A DNA stretch of 63,284 nucleotides, filler included, from Licmophora abbreviata (Eukaryota): assembly GCA_900291995.1 (NCBI GenBank). It is 5 parts of 5 records of this genome, joined end to end, with 100 filler letters (N's around TTAATTAATTAA, not from the genome) between each part and the next. Parts side by side here need not be neighbours in the genome. Positions count along the whole stretch, not along the records: positions 1 to 15,872 come from OLMU01006028.1; 4 more parts are not named here. One strand, 5' to 3'. This document shows positions 1 to 13,842 of the stretch, piece after piece. The position numbers were made by a program, and so were the translations under genes. Every line of letters starts with the position of its first letter. Position 1 is the stretch's first letter. The notes beneath the pieces are model-generated. The model ran no database searches. It was not told where the DNA came from and worked only from the letters and a program-made list of their open reading frames with translations.

Positions 1-1049
1 CTGTGTGTCTGTGTGTTGGGGTTTGGTTTGGAACATTCCAAATTCCAAAATTCGACAAAAAGCAAAAAGGGTCACACATTCTCAAGCGGCGGATTGTATG
101 TTGTATGTTGTATGAGATGGTTGACACCTCGCTCTTTCGTCTTTATCAGCACATCAAACGATTCATATGCGACGTAACTCCACCCTTAGACCTTGCCGCT
201 CCGTGGGGACCCATCTTGACAACAACGATGACGATCGTTGCCACGCATCAGTGAATTTGGGGGTCTTCTCGGCGCAGTAACTCTGGTTAACCTCATCTGA
301 GGGGCTCATCGCATTTACCAAGGCCGAGTGGAGATCGGGTGTGACAGGGCGAGTCCCGTGACGCGATGTTTTGGAGAAAGCACCACGTACCCGTCATGCC
401 TACTTTCGACGTCATTGAGGCAGTCCGATTTAAGGTTCCAAACAGCCCAGTCCTGTGGAATGGATATTTCGGCACGGACGCGGCCATCAGGATACATTCA
501 CCTCTTATATGCTAACCTCGACCAATCGAGCTGACTCCATGTGGACGCAGACGGGCTTGTCAATTGCTGTTTTGGAGAACTCGCTGACCCGATGGAGAAA
601 CTACAAACCCGACCAAACCCCATGGGAGCGATTCTCCAGACACGGGTTGGAAACGCAGAAGGCACACTGACGCCATCTACTTGTTCATTTACTTATCTTG
701 TCAAATTCCCACACCCGAAGCCGGTGTCGCTACGCCTATCGCCGGAACCCTTGGAATGTCTTGCCTTGATGCGAAAACGGGGAGAAAGACAGATATGTAC
801 GATGCTCTGCTGGGAACGCCGAAGGGTCGACTTGAGGCTAAGTTTGTGAATACTAGATTTCCCGCATTGTATCTACCAGTCATTTGGGGTGTATCTTGAG
901 GACGCTTTGTTCAACATCTCAATGAAGTTATTGAACTCTGGCATGAGTCTTCGATTGATAGTACGACGCTCGAGCCGCTAGGATCTGTTGTCGCTTTGAG
1001 CAACACTTCGATCCAATCCGTGACGTTACAGGACAGATGAGCTCCATAC

Positions 1050-3275
1050 GTATTGGACGGGCGGCGATGGATTGGTCTTCCGTTTACCGTTTCGCAAGCA
1101 CGAACCTGATGGTAAATCTCGCAAGACTACCTTTCAATTGCGATTTATAGAGATCACCGCTTTCCAGAATGAACGAGAGGCCAATGAGTTTGAGTCTACA
1201 TTTGTGCAGCAGCGCGGAGACTCAAGAATGTCTTTGGAGACTCGCCATCGAATGTGTGTTGGGACACTGTGTCGTGCACCTGCACTTCGCTTTGAAGCAA
1301 GCACAGAATATCTATTCTTTCGTTTCCAATATCGCGTGCGGGTCGGAACTGCCGAACGGATACGTACGAATACGAATTGAAGGAAACTCAAGCAAGGAGA
1401 CGCAAATACTCGAATGCATCAGTGATGGTAAGAGCAAGCACCATAACTTCCAGATTCGTCGCTTTTGATACTGCTATATCTGTGTCGCGCCTGTGCGAGA
1501 CTGCAAGAAGTGACCGGAGCACTGACTTACCACCGACAAGTCTTCGTTTTGGAGACGGCAGTGGCAGTGTCTCAAGACGTGGGGAGGAGAGCTTCGTGTG
1601 GAGTGCCGATTGAATGCTCCTAGGAGGTTCCATGTCATGGCGTACTTGATGGACTCGTTCTTGAAGAGCGGCACCTCACCCTGTAAGCAGACGTGGATCA
1701 TTGTTCGAGCCCCACATGCTCGGGATTAGTTCACATTAACTACCACAGAGCATCTTGGCACACCATCTTGTCCAATGCCCAAGCCCTAAGCCGAGATCGC
1801 TACATTTGTCGTCGGAAATCCACGGCCCCCTGATCCTCCAAGTTTCTGAACTTCTTGCGATGGCGTCTGGACAAAACGCTCTGGTGCAGGCTGGTGTAGA
1901 GTATCCGCATCCATGAAAGCATCAATCGACCAGGAAGGAGCGGCACCGGAGAGCTGCAACGACTGCGGAAAGCTTGGCCCGACAGTATTGCTCGAAAGCC
2001 AACACGACGACATCCAGATCGTGGATCCTGTCCTACCGACGATTCATTCTGAAGGAGGCTTCTCGGCTGCCCTGCCCGCCTCCACGAACAAGGATGAAGA
2101 CGTGCAGGTCGTCGGAACTGCCTCCTCCCCTGGTTGCACCCCGACTCCTGTCCCTCCTCGCTTGCGCCCGATGATCGACGACTTAGAAATGAAGTCGGCG
2201 CTCTTGTGCAATACCGATTGTTCGCAAGGAGTCTTTTTGGTAACTCATTTGACCGTGGCCCAGCAAGAAAGCTTGCCTTAAATTGTGGAAAATACGTCAT
2301 TGACACATTTGGATCATGGGGTTTGGGAGACACATGTAAGACGGCAGTAAGAATGCGACGGCAAGTATACAGGGGGAAGGCGTACAATTATTTTCGGATG
2401 CGGAGGATCCGGCCTCGTGATAGAAAAATACGATTCGTTCGGCTGTACGTACCTACATCCGGCACCGCAGCCGGTCTCACCGATTCTACAAGACTGTGTT
2501 TCCTCCGAGAAGCACCCCGAAGAATCTGAGGATGACCTGGGTCGTGGTCTCTACATTTTGTCGGACTGGCGACACGCCTGGTACCTGGTACTCGTATTAG
2601 ACACCTGGCGATTCCGATCTCATTCATGCTCAAACGAGCTACGCGGAATAAATATACACTATCAGAGATGGCTTGATCGGTGACTTTTACCGAAAGGGAC
2701 GGGGGAAGATGGGAGTCAACGACGAACGAGCCCAATATATGTTGGACGGGCGGCGATGGAATGAGTTTCGTTGTGCAATTCCCCAAACACACTTGCTGGT
2801 ACTGACTGTACATCTCGCAAGATTACCTTGCAATTGCAATTCGTAGATACCACCACGTTCCAGAATGAACGAGAGGCCAATGAGGTTGAATAATCTTGGG
2901 ACGTTTGGAACGGCACCGCGAAGACTCAAGGGTGCCCTGGAAGACTCGTCATCGACTGCGTCTTTGGAGCGCTGTGTCGTGCACCCATGCTTCGCCACGA
3001 AGCAAGCACAGAATGTCTGTTTTGTCGTTTCCAATATCGCGCGCGATTCGTCACGACCAAACGGATACGTGCAAATGCGAATTGAAGATACAAGTACTGT
3101 AGAACTCAAGCAAGGAGAGGCGAATACTGAAGTCGATGCGTACTGGTTTGGTAGTGGCTTCCTTGCCGAATATCCCATGAACGACAACGACGACGCGTAT
3201 GCACTTGGGATAGTGTTCGATGCGGTCCGACGCAAGTCGTTACTAGGAGAAGGCCTGCTTCCGCCCCTCCTCTGA
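1050..3275 (+). pseudogene. Two diverged, frameshifted copies of an unknown coding segment (about 1050-1410 and 2740-3130)
   Basis: Shared blocks TTGGACGGGCGGCGATGGA, TTCCAGAATGAACGAGAGGCCAATGAG, CTGTGTCGTGCACC, AAGCAAGCACAGAAT, CGTTTCCAATATCGCG and AACTCAAGCAAGGAGA occur in the same order. Peptide similarity (FQNEREANE; KQAQN...VSNIA...PNGYV..RIE) switches frame and is broken by stops. Confidence 0.6.
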
Positions 3276-3415
3276 TCCAGCGGATGACGCGGGCAGACAG
3301 TGCCCTCTGATAAAAACGGTACGCTGGTGGTTTGTATTGAATGTATCCAATGAACTGCGGTAACTTACTGACTATACACAAGGCAGCACCAATAGTTTGA
3401 CATCACGAAACAAAT

Positions 3416-5806
3416 TTATTCCCGTACACTGCGTCGGCTTACATCTCCAATGTTGCGACTGTACTGACTGTCGCTATCGCTTCTGGGCGTTCCAGTGCTG
3501 TGTAGACTTCCGCTGCCTCCCCCCGTGCTTTCTTCTTCGATCCTAATCATCCCCGAAAGCATCCCGTGCGCCATTCCTGAAAACTGACTATTCTTCGACA
3601 TGCTAGCATCGTTGCTAGAGTTGCCACTGGTCGACCCGTCCGACGCTGGGTTATAGTCATCCAGACTGCTCCTAGCAGCAACGCCCCGACGAAGCCGAAC
3701 ATTGCTATGCCGAGTCCTTGGGACATCACTTTCGTCTGTGGAAGACTCATCGTCGTATCGATTCAATACTGTAACCATTCTAGGCTTCCGCAATCGCCCT
3801 CCGCTATCAGCGAAACGCACCGTTCCCCGTTGACGGCCCGAGGCTACCGTCGAAGATTCGATTGTCGATGAATCTTCTGTGTTCATTCGCGAGTTGTCAC
3901 GATGCGTTCCTTGCTCAGCAAGGGCGTTCAAAAAGTGAACCAGCTTTCCCTCAGAAGGAGAGGCGTCGGGCGATGGACTGTCCCGAGATTCCTGCCCCGA
4001 TGCCGTGTTCAATGATGGAATCTTTGCTTCGCCACTGGTGGTGCGCCGGAGAGTCCTAGCAGAATGGAAGTCTTGTGAACGAGAAACTGTCACCACCTGG
4101 TGCGTCTTTCCGTTGGTCATCGACGGTATGGCACGAGAAACATGTTTTGACGACTGGCGACTGGGGGCTGAGTTCTCGTCCTGAACTTTTCGCTCGGTTA
4201 CATTAGAACGAACATCACGAAAGTCTTGCCGTAACTTTGACACAACTTCAACACTCCTGCCACGCTCCTCCTTGGCAAGGCGCAAAAGTTCCATCTCCTT
4301 TCGTTGACACTCTTCAAGCATATCCTCCTGGTCTTTGATGGCTGTCTTGAATGTCTCAAATTGTTTTTTCATTGAAGTCATGATATGAGATCTTTCACTC
4401 TGCATGTTTTCGATGAGCTCAGATTCCATTCGTAGGCTTGCTTCCGTCATTCGATCGTGCTCAGCGTTTAAGGCGCCATGGGAGCTCACGACGGCGCCCA
4501 TTCGCTTGTGGAGATCTTTTGACTTTTCCTGTAGCATATCATTTTTCTTAGTCAAATCATCGACCGAACGGACGAGCTTGACGTTCTCGTTTTCAAGCAC
4601 ATCGCGTTCATTTACAAGCTTCTGTCGAACTTGCTCAGACTTTGCCTTGGCATCGGAAAGCTCTTTCTCGAGATCGGACACAGTATTTGTCAAGTACTCT
4701 TCGTTCTTAAACCTCGATCGTAGCTGACTCTCTAGAGCTTCAGCCATGGCCTTTGCAGTGGAGACTTCACTTCTCAATGCCGAAATGGTATCTTCACGGT
4801 CCCGACGATCACCTTCGAGTTCTCGCTGAAGCTTCTCCATTGCGTGCTCGTTCTGGTCAACCTGGTTTTGGAGAACCTCGTTCCGACTCTTGAGATCGTC
4901 GTTTTCCTGCTCACTTGACTGAATCATGGCAACCGCTTCTTCAAGCTGCTTTACCAGAGTATCTACTCTTCCCTGCATAGAACGAAATTTTTCTTGGCCC
5001 TGACGGCTCTCGCCTTCCATACCGCCAAGCTGATTTTTGGCTTCGGCTAGCTCACGCTCTAGTCGTAGGACAATATGTTGCGAGGCGAGACGCTCATTGT
5101 CAGCCGCCTCCTGGACTGTTGCTAGCTTAGACTCGTTCTCTTCTCGAAGCGCTTCCACAAGGCGCGTCGTCGTGTTTCTAGCACGGGCCAAGGCTCTCAT
5201 TGCCGCTTCCTTGGCAGGACCGGGAACAGCCGTTTCCTCCACCAAATCTGACGGCGTGCGACCGTACTGATCCTTGACGGAAACTCCCGCGGGATACGCA
5301 AGTAGCAGCAACGATATAATTCGTTGGTTCGGGTGTGCGCTGTTGGCTGCGACGAGATGCAATGGCAGCATGCCCTGGTCGTCGGGACTGCCAGCGCCGT
5401 CGGGGTAGGTTTCGAGCAGGACGTCAACAAGTTCCTCAATCGCTCGTGAGTTTGGATATGATTCATCACTAGATTTCGGTCCCATTGCTGTTGAAGGTTG
5501 GCTTTTGTGCTCAACTTGCATGCAGACAAGGTGAAGCGGCAAGTGCCTCCAGAGAATCCGTCCATCGGTGTTGTGGTGACTGACGATCCATGTTGCACTC
5601 TCCTCAGGGTGACTGACAGCGCGCGCCTTGGCTCCATCCCATCGGCGATAGTTGATCCAACGGAAGAGTTCCGTCGGATTCAAGTAGTAATCGACTTCCT
5701 TGCGTTGTACAAGCGAGGCATCGTTTGGATCATTCTTGAACGTGGTACCCTCCGTTGCTGAATGGTTGCTCTTGGCCTGTGAAGGACTACTGGTCGACTT
5801 TGCCAT
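3416..5806 (-). CDS. Protein with N-terminal ankyrin-like domain, long coiled coil and Ser-rich disordered tail
   Basis: Single long ORF, first plausible ATG at 5806 (MAKSTSS). NPTELFRWINYRRW...WRHLPLHLVC and DDQGMLPLHLVA...KDQYGRTP are ankyrin-like. Heptad E/K/L-rich region follows. Confidence 0.8.
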   Translation of the reverse strand: MAKSTSSPSQAKSNHSATEGTTFKNDPNDASLVQRKEVDYYLNPTELFRWINYRRWDGAKARAVSHPEESATWIVSHHNTDGRILWRHLPLHLVCMQVEHKSQPSTAMGPKSSDESYPNSRAIEELVDVLLETYPDGAGSPDDQGMLPLHLVAANSAHPNQRIISLLLLAYPAGVSVKDQYGRTPSDLVEETAVPGPAKEAAMRALARARNTTTRLVEALREENESKLATVQEAADNERLASQHIVLRLERELAEAKNQLGGMEGESRQGQEKFRSMQGRVDTLVKQLEEAVAMIQSSEQENDDLKSRNEVLQNQVDQNEHAMEKLQRELEGDRRDREDTISALRSEVSTAKAMAEALESQLRSRFKNEEYLTNTVSDLEKELSDAKAKSEQVRQKLVNERDVLENENVKLVRSVDDLTKKNDMLQEKSKDLHKRMGAVVSSHGALNAEHDRMTEASLRMESELIENMQSERSHIMTSMKKQFETFKTAIKDQEDMLEECQRKEMELLRLAKEERGRSVEVVSKLRQDFRDVRSNVTERKVQDENSAPSRQSSKHVSRAIPSMTNGKTHQVVTVSRSQDFHSARTLRRTTSGEAKIPSLNTASGQESRDSPSPDASPSEGKLVHFLNALAEQGTHRDNSRMNTEDSSTIESSTVASGRQRGTVRFADSGGRLRKPRMVTVLNRYDDESSTDESDVPRTRHSNVRLRRGVAARSSLDDYNPASDGSTSGNSSNDASMSKNSQFSGMAHGMLSGMIRIEEESTGGGSGSLHSTGTPRSDSDSQYSRNIGDVSRRSVRE

Positions 5807-7701
5807 TTTATCGCTACTACTTGAAAACGATTCAGAGCGAATGTCGGAAAACCAATGGAGACTGTCAGGTCCTGTTCGTCGGCGTGTCGATGCAGTTGGT
5901 GATTCCGGCCGTATGTTCCAAAATTGTGAGCACATCAGAAGTCGATAGGGCCTTTTCAGCGATGATACTCGCCAAAACGATAAGGTTGATAAGGCCCAAC
6001 CTCGCAAACTCCAAATTGGTGTGTACTAAGCAATTTAAGTGTATATTTAGATTATATTTTATTAATGTCCTAATACTGGAATATTTCAAATACGGTATGT
6101 CCCTCGACACTTTTGGGAGTCGCCGGGCATCGAAGTAACAGAAAGGAGGGTGAACATTGAAACAGTGGCGACGGTATTATATTACTGACTGACTCCTCTT
6201 CGTGCAGCCTCGAAAGTCCAATCAATTCTGGAACAATAATATGAGGAAGACTTCTCCCCCGAACCAGGGGACAAGCATCTTCGCCCGGAAGCGCAGACAG
6301 CTTTGGAACTGTCGTCAGTGATACCCCTCAACTTCAAAAAGAAATTGATGGTATCGATGGGAAAGGATTTGAAAACTGACAGGTTTTTTCCCGTCCGCTT
6401 ATAGACTTGCTGTTGACAGCGAAAGTCTCCATTCCCACGAAGGCCGACCGGCCGAGACGAGATCAAAAGTTGTTTCGCGAAACGATCAAGCTGCACAGGA
6501 GAGAGATATAGTGGGGCCAAGTAAATTGGTACTGAAGGCATGTTCCCAAACAGGCGACTCATACAACATTGACCGTGCTGGACCCCTAAGCAGATTTAAG
6601 TCCGCCATATTTCACCAAATTGACGTGACTGGGAGGTAAATCCCTCGCGAGTTGATCGGCAAGGGAATTGACGGGGTCGTAAAGATGGTCGATACTCAAC
6701 AAGTATATATGCTGAAATGACGACGGGAAGGAGAGCTGTTCTGGTAGTATTTACTCCGATCATAATTGACTTTGATGAGGGCGCATGAAGTAAACTGTGT
6801 GTGATGGAATGGATTTGTAATTGGGACTTTCTTTTGGACGGACATTGCCACGACTTCATTACGATTGACATGGAAGCAATGGCGTTGAAGACTCTTTCGA
6901 GCGCCGAGAAGACCGTCCTACTGTCCGTCGAACGTTTGTCTGGAAGATTCTTTCTTTGTCGCCACTTCGATGGGAGAAGCAATAGGAGGGATGTCGCCAA
7001 CGGTGTCGGTTAAATTGCTGCCAGGCACAGAATTTGAAACCTGCTATTTAGGAAATATTGCAAAAGAGATGCAATGTCAGCGACAAGGATGCGACCTACC
7101 GTATACGGCGACAACAGCAACACTTCCAAAGACGATGACAGCTCTAATACTAGGACAGTGCGTGGCGACTCGTAAAGGCCAGGCTTGCGAGTGTGACCAG
7201 TAGTATTGTTGCGACGACTGTCAATGCTGCAATGAGTCCGAGGCAGAATTGGCGTTGTCGTGGAGGAAGCGCTTGCTTCGAAATACGATTGATGATCTGC
7301 AGTGCGACGCGGCAATGGCCAGGATCAAGATCATGACATAGAAACATCCCGCGAAGGAGATGGCAGTGAAATAGAGCGGGCAAATTTTGTACACACGATA
7401 ACAACGCCGCTACTGCCAGCCGCAAAATCAAGATGGGGACTACAACGAATTCGACTAACCAAGATACATAGAGCGCAAACATTGCTGCCTATTGCTGCTG
7501 CTATTGCTACTGAATGCTAACGAGGCACTATAAATCCGCAGAAAAGCCAACCTTTACCCACTAGTCTCATTCTCCAAGCTTGCCCGTAGCACAGTTGCTA
7601 TAGGACCTGACGTAGCGTTAGCCGTCTCATCTCCTATTCTCTCTCCATACAACACAACCTTGCACGCACAAACTCTAGTCGACAGAATAAGCGAGCCACT
7701 C

Positions 7702-9384
7702 TTAGTGCCCGAACTTCTTCAATACGACGGAAGCGGCTCGGTACATGCGGATCTCGGCTCCCATTGGAACTCCCGCGAACGATGCAATGGACCGCTTCCA
7801 GGTTGTACTAGTCTCAAGGCCTTGATCCAACAGTGGCAAATGGCATCGGGTTTGCCGGCGGGATATGAGACTGGTCGCAAAAAGAAATGCCCAAGAGAAA
7901 TTCATTCACAAAGGAATCATGGGACTGCCCCTTGGAATTGACCCAGCTGGCGAATTCGCAGTGTTGAATGAAGTCCTCTCGCGACGGGAGACTGTAATAA
8001 AATTCAACGATCGTGTCGCCGCCACTCTTCGCAAGGGCCGCAACCAGAATCTCTGGATCCTTTCGAAGTTGAGGATTCACAAAGGGCAACACTCGTTTCG
8101 TCTTCTTCACCAACTCCGGAATGAAAGCTCGTTTCTTCTGCACGCTAGGCGATGCATATGAAAGATTGAAAGGGGCATTCGCAACCGCCCACGAAACAAC
8201 TTCTGTCGCTGAGGAATGGACTGTCTGGGACTAAACGATTGAGCTTTTGAAGGACACAAGTCTTTCCTTGACGCAACAAAGCGCAGACGAACGATCGTTT
8301 TCCCCACAATGCAGTCAAAAATTGATCGAACAAATCCTTGTCGAAGATATGGTCGAGGCCTACGTAGCGGCCTTCTCGACAAGATCAATGTTCTCCAGTT
8401 GAAAATCAAGCGGAGCACTCATAATGCAATGAAGGGTTTTTCTCTTCTCCAACAAAGCTTCCATGAGCTCGCGATTGGAAAGGAGTCGTTCCGAAGCGAA
8501 GACGAGGTGGCGAACATCACATGCTGAAACGGCCAGCATGAAGTCATGGTCATCTCGAAAGACGCAATTCTCAGGTAGCCACTATGGCCGCTCGGGCGTT
8601 TGCCATCGACCCAGTTATAGATGTTGGCATGGGAAAAGATCCTCGCGATAGCCAGCAGAGCCTCACAGTCTTGACGCAAATCAGGTATCTTCAGAAGAAT
8701 TTGCTCATAGCATGCGTAATATCCTGAGTGTAGCAAGGCGATCGCTATCTCGCGATTATCCTGCAGATCTTCGGTGAGGGCAAGGAGCCCCGCCTGTTTT
8801 CCGAAGAAGAAGGAGAACTTTCCTGCTCGGATGATCAAGAGCAGGCTTGTACGATCCCGAAGAAACCTTTTGCCCAACTCTCACTTGGCCTTCAAAGCAG
8901 CGACAAATACATTTCTGTCGCGTAACATCTCTTCCAAAACGCATGGTTGTGCGCCACTCGCAAGTTCTTCCAGTATCACCTGCACAGGCTTCTCTTCGAG
9001 ATAGTTTTCGCGGACTTTGCCCTGGGCAAAATCGTAAGCTCTGACGTCCTGCAGAGCAGCCTTCTTGACCAGATCGGAGGCGTCAGAAAGATCGATGGCT
9101 TGGCGATTGTGGAGGAGAAAAGTTCGCACGACCTCCTCGTCGTCTCGGAGGCGTTCAGAATGACTTCTTTGCTGTCTGCCAAAGCTTTGCAGTTGAGGGA
9201 TTTCATCGGGATCCTCCCAAAACTGGCGGCGCCCAGGACAGCATCCATTCTGTCGCGCAGGTCGTCCAAGCCACCACGGGGAGGTCGATTTGTCGGTCGT
9301 CATTTCCATCACGGAACGATACTCTTCGAAGATCGCCATGCGCTCAGACATCAGGCGGGAGGCAGAGTCTCCAGTAGGGTCCAT
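7702..9384 (-). pseudogene. DUF4116-like repeat protein, disrupted
   Basis: Repeats LRDDEEVV, LRDRNVFVAAL, LQDNREIAIALL, LRKDPEILVAAL and a C-terminal LPLLDQGLETSTTWKRSIASFAGVP are spread over several frames. In-frame TGA at 8881-8883. Confidence 0.65.
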
Positions 9385-9446
9385 CGTGCTTCAAAGACAG
9401 GCGGGGGAAGTCAAGAATACCCTTCTGAACGGTCGCGACGCAGTTG

Positions 9447-9520
9447 CATCGAAACATCGAAACATCGCAACATCGCAACATCGCAACATCGCAACATCGC
9501 AACATCGCAACATCGCAACA
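9447..9520. repeat. 8-bp tandem repeat (CATCGAAA)x2 (CATCGCAA)x7
   Basis: Read directly. Lies between the divergent DUF4116-like pseudogene and CysRS. Confidence 0.95.
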
Positions 9521-9678
9521 ATAAAATTGAGAAATGAATTTTGCTTTTGACGACTGACTCGACCCCCTCGACTCATCGTATCGAGAAGGTCTGTCACTCG
9601 TACGTTCGGATTTGCGTCTCGTCGTCCTTCATCTCCCGCCACAAAATTCCAATCTTCCAATCTATTTCAATCGCGACC

Positions 9679-11793
9679 ATGGCCGAAAGCTGCTGCGCCG
9701 CATTGCCGCCTTGGCAGGCCCCGTCGCCCCCAGCGATCACCCATGACGTAGGTTTATACGTCATGAACAGTCTGACTCGCAAGAAGGAACGATTTGTCAC
9801 CATGGACGGCGGAAAGCACGTTCGATGGTACATGTGAGTGTCATGAGAATCTTGTCAATTTTGTACCTGGTACTTCTACCTGCTAGTACCAGTATAGGAC
9901 AGGACGTATTAGGATACCGGTAGACAGACTACCATGCAGGTTTCTGTCTAGACTCTTGGCAGCAACTCACTCATCGATGCTCTCTCGATAAACTCGCTTC
10001 TCTTCAGGTGCGGTCCGACAGTCTATGCTCCTTCTCACATGGGGCACGCTCGAACGTATCTTGGTTTCGACATTATTCGACGAATTCTCCAGCAACACTT
10101 TCACTACGACGTCACGCTCATCATGAACATTACCGACATTGACGACAAGATCATCGAGCGATCCAATGAACAAGGCATCTCTCACCTTGAACTCTCACGC
10201 AAGTTTGAACTCGAGTTCCACGAAGACATGAAGATGTTAGGGGTCGACCCTCCAGATGTCTTGACTCGTGTCACCGAGTTCATGGATGAAATTGTCAACT
10301 ACATCCAAACCATTATTGACAAGGGAATGGCGTACGAGAGCAACGGCTCAGTTTACTTTAACGTTCACGCCTTCGAAACGACGCCTGGTATGCACATTTG
10401 CAAACTCGCGCCCGAACAGATCCACAACTCGGCCCTTCTCGCAGAGGGAGAGGGAAAGCTCACGCAAGCCTTTGCCAGCGAGAAGCGCAGTCCCCGCGAC
10501 TTTGCACTCTGGAAACGCAGCAAGGAAAACGAACCCTCTTGGGACTCACCGTGGGGACTGGGGCGACCCGGATGGCACATTGAATGCAGCGTCATGGCCA
10601 GCGATATCTTGACCAAGCTGTCGGCCACCGACGACGACGCACGAATGGACATTCACTCGGGCGGAGTCGACCTCAAATTCCCTCATCACGACAATGAAAT
10701 GGCACAGGCCGAAGCGCATTCAGGATGCACTCAATGGGTCAACTACTTTGTTCACGCCGGACATTTGCACATTCAAGGATTCAAAATGTCAAAGTCGCTG
10801 AAGAACTTTATCACTATTCGACAGGCGCTCGATCACAACACAGCTCGACAGGTGCGACTCTGCTTCTTGCTGCACAAGTACAATGCACCCATGGATTATG
10901 GTGATAATACGATGAGTCACGCGATTGCCATTGAAAAGCAATTCCGGGAATTCTTTCACAATGTCAAGGCTGTGTTGCGTGAAAGGAGTATTGGCGACCC
11001 ACAGAAGTGGAATCCCTCCACTAAATCAATGCAGGAGACGTTATTGGATGCAAGGAAGCGAGTCGATGAAGCGCTCCGTGACGATTTTGATACGCCGGCA
11101 GCGTTGAGTGTCTTGGGCGATCTCGTGAAGGCGACCAATGTGTATTTGGAGTCGACGTCGGACATTGTTTTTCTTGTGGTGCGTAATGTGGCCGTCTACG
11201 TGACACGTATGTTTCGTGTGTTCGGACTCATCCTGGAAGGCGATGTAGGCTTTTCCGTATCGGGAGGAGATGAAGAAGGCACTGTCAATAAAGAGGAGAC
11301 GCTTGCACCGGTGTTGGATGCGCTCATGGAGTTTCGCTCGTCGGTGCGTGACAAGGCGCGTGCGAAGGACGTCGGAGGGGTTCTGGGTGAGTGCGACTCG
11401 TTTCGTGACGACGCTTTACCGCCACTTGGTATTCGACTGGAGGATAAGACCGGTGGCAAGTCGGTGTGGAAGCTAGCAAACCCAGAAGAACTCATGCGTG
11501 AACAGGAGCAGGGCAAGCTTGAAATGAAACGCAAGGAAGAAGAGAAAGCCAAGGCTGCCGCCGAAAAGGCCAAGAAAGACGCCATGAACAAGATCCCACC
11601 AGAGGAGTTCATGAGGCTTCTCACTTTAGAGGACGGGATAACTCTCAAGTACTCCCAGTTCGACGACAAGGGCATGCCAACGCACATTAGCGGAGGCGAA
11701 GCTCTAAACAAGAGTCAATCGAAGAAGGCTTTGAAGGAATTTCAAGGGCAGCAAAAGAAGTACGATAAGTGCATGGCGCAGAAAGAGGGTTAG
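9679..11793 (+). CDS. CARS1: Cysteinyl-tRNA synthetase (cytosolic type); intron 9834-10007
   Basis: Splicing GTGAGT...TTCAG gives WYMCGPTVYAPSHMGHAR. Also NITDIDDKII, DFALWK, GRPGWHIEC, DLKFPHHDNE and KMSKSLKNF. Confidence 0.97.
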
Positions 11794-12230
11794 CTCGGAT
11801 TGTTCCCGCAAGATTGCAACAGGCGGCGATATTCGGTGCTAGACGAAGGACGCTAGCAAGCCGCTGGTGTCTGTATCCATTAATTGAACTCGCCTCGACG
11901 GGTTGCGGCGAGGAAACGGTACTGTCGCTTTCTTGCTCCAACCGTTTGGTGTTCCACGCAGAACGTGGTAAGCTTAAGCAATAGCGATAGCTATTTCATG
12001 ATTAGTCTAGACTAGACTACATCTCCCGCTTGTCGTACGAAGATGAGCTTCCAGCTGGCATGTTGTTAGAGGAGTCAGGAATTTTTGATTCGAGCGAATC
12101 TGAACTTGAAGTACGCACTTGGCGGGAAAACCGGAAGATCCGAGGCCACACGAGATGGCACGAAACATCATCACATCAAGAACATCGTCCCACCAAGGCC
12201 CCCGCCTCTCTTGTTTGGAACCTTAGTTGA

Positions 12231-13348
<1,118 letters not shown>

Positions 13349-13842
13349 GAAGGGATCCAGGTATTTCAACCGATCTTGTCGGTTAGAACGAGACCCCTGT
13401 ATAGTCGTAGACAGATTGCTGTGTGGGGAAACATACGCCTCTAAGCGAAATGTCTTTCACGCACGTACTACTTCGTATTTGCTATGTTCACAGTTCTTGA
13501 CTCCTCCTCTGTGCCGTGCCCGCGACGTCAGAAGGATATGCCCATGACGCCCTAAAGCTCGTCGACGGCGCTAAACGCTAAGGACTCTTTATCGAGCATG
13601 TTGGTGGCTGTGAGGCTCCGTACGTAGGCCGTGCCGACAACAATCTAGACCCGAGAGAACGAAGCCGGGGTTTCTAGGCAATTGAGCTGCTTTTTAGCAG
13701 ACGCCTACAAAGTGAATAGCACACAAATTGGCGGTCAAGCTCGTAATTAAAACTACCTTGATGACTCTCTCGTTTCTTCCTCGGTGTTTGCGTCTTGCCG
13801 CGGTAGCAGTATGATAAGTCCAAACGCGCGCCAAGTGACGCT

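Noticed and set aside
6100..7600. Short ORFs suggesting a gene or transposon remnant
   Set aside because: No recognisable domain, terminal repeat or splice model; at most heavily decayed sequence.
9447..9520. CATCGCAA array as a CRISPR array, or the HRNIATSQ repeat ORFs as proteins
   Set aside because: 8-bp units with no spacers and no cas genes; the peptides are just translations of the microsatellite.
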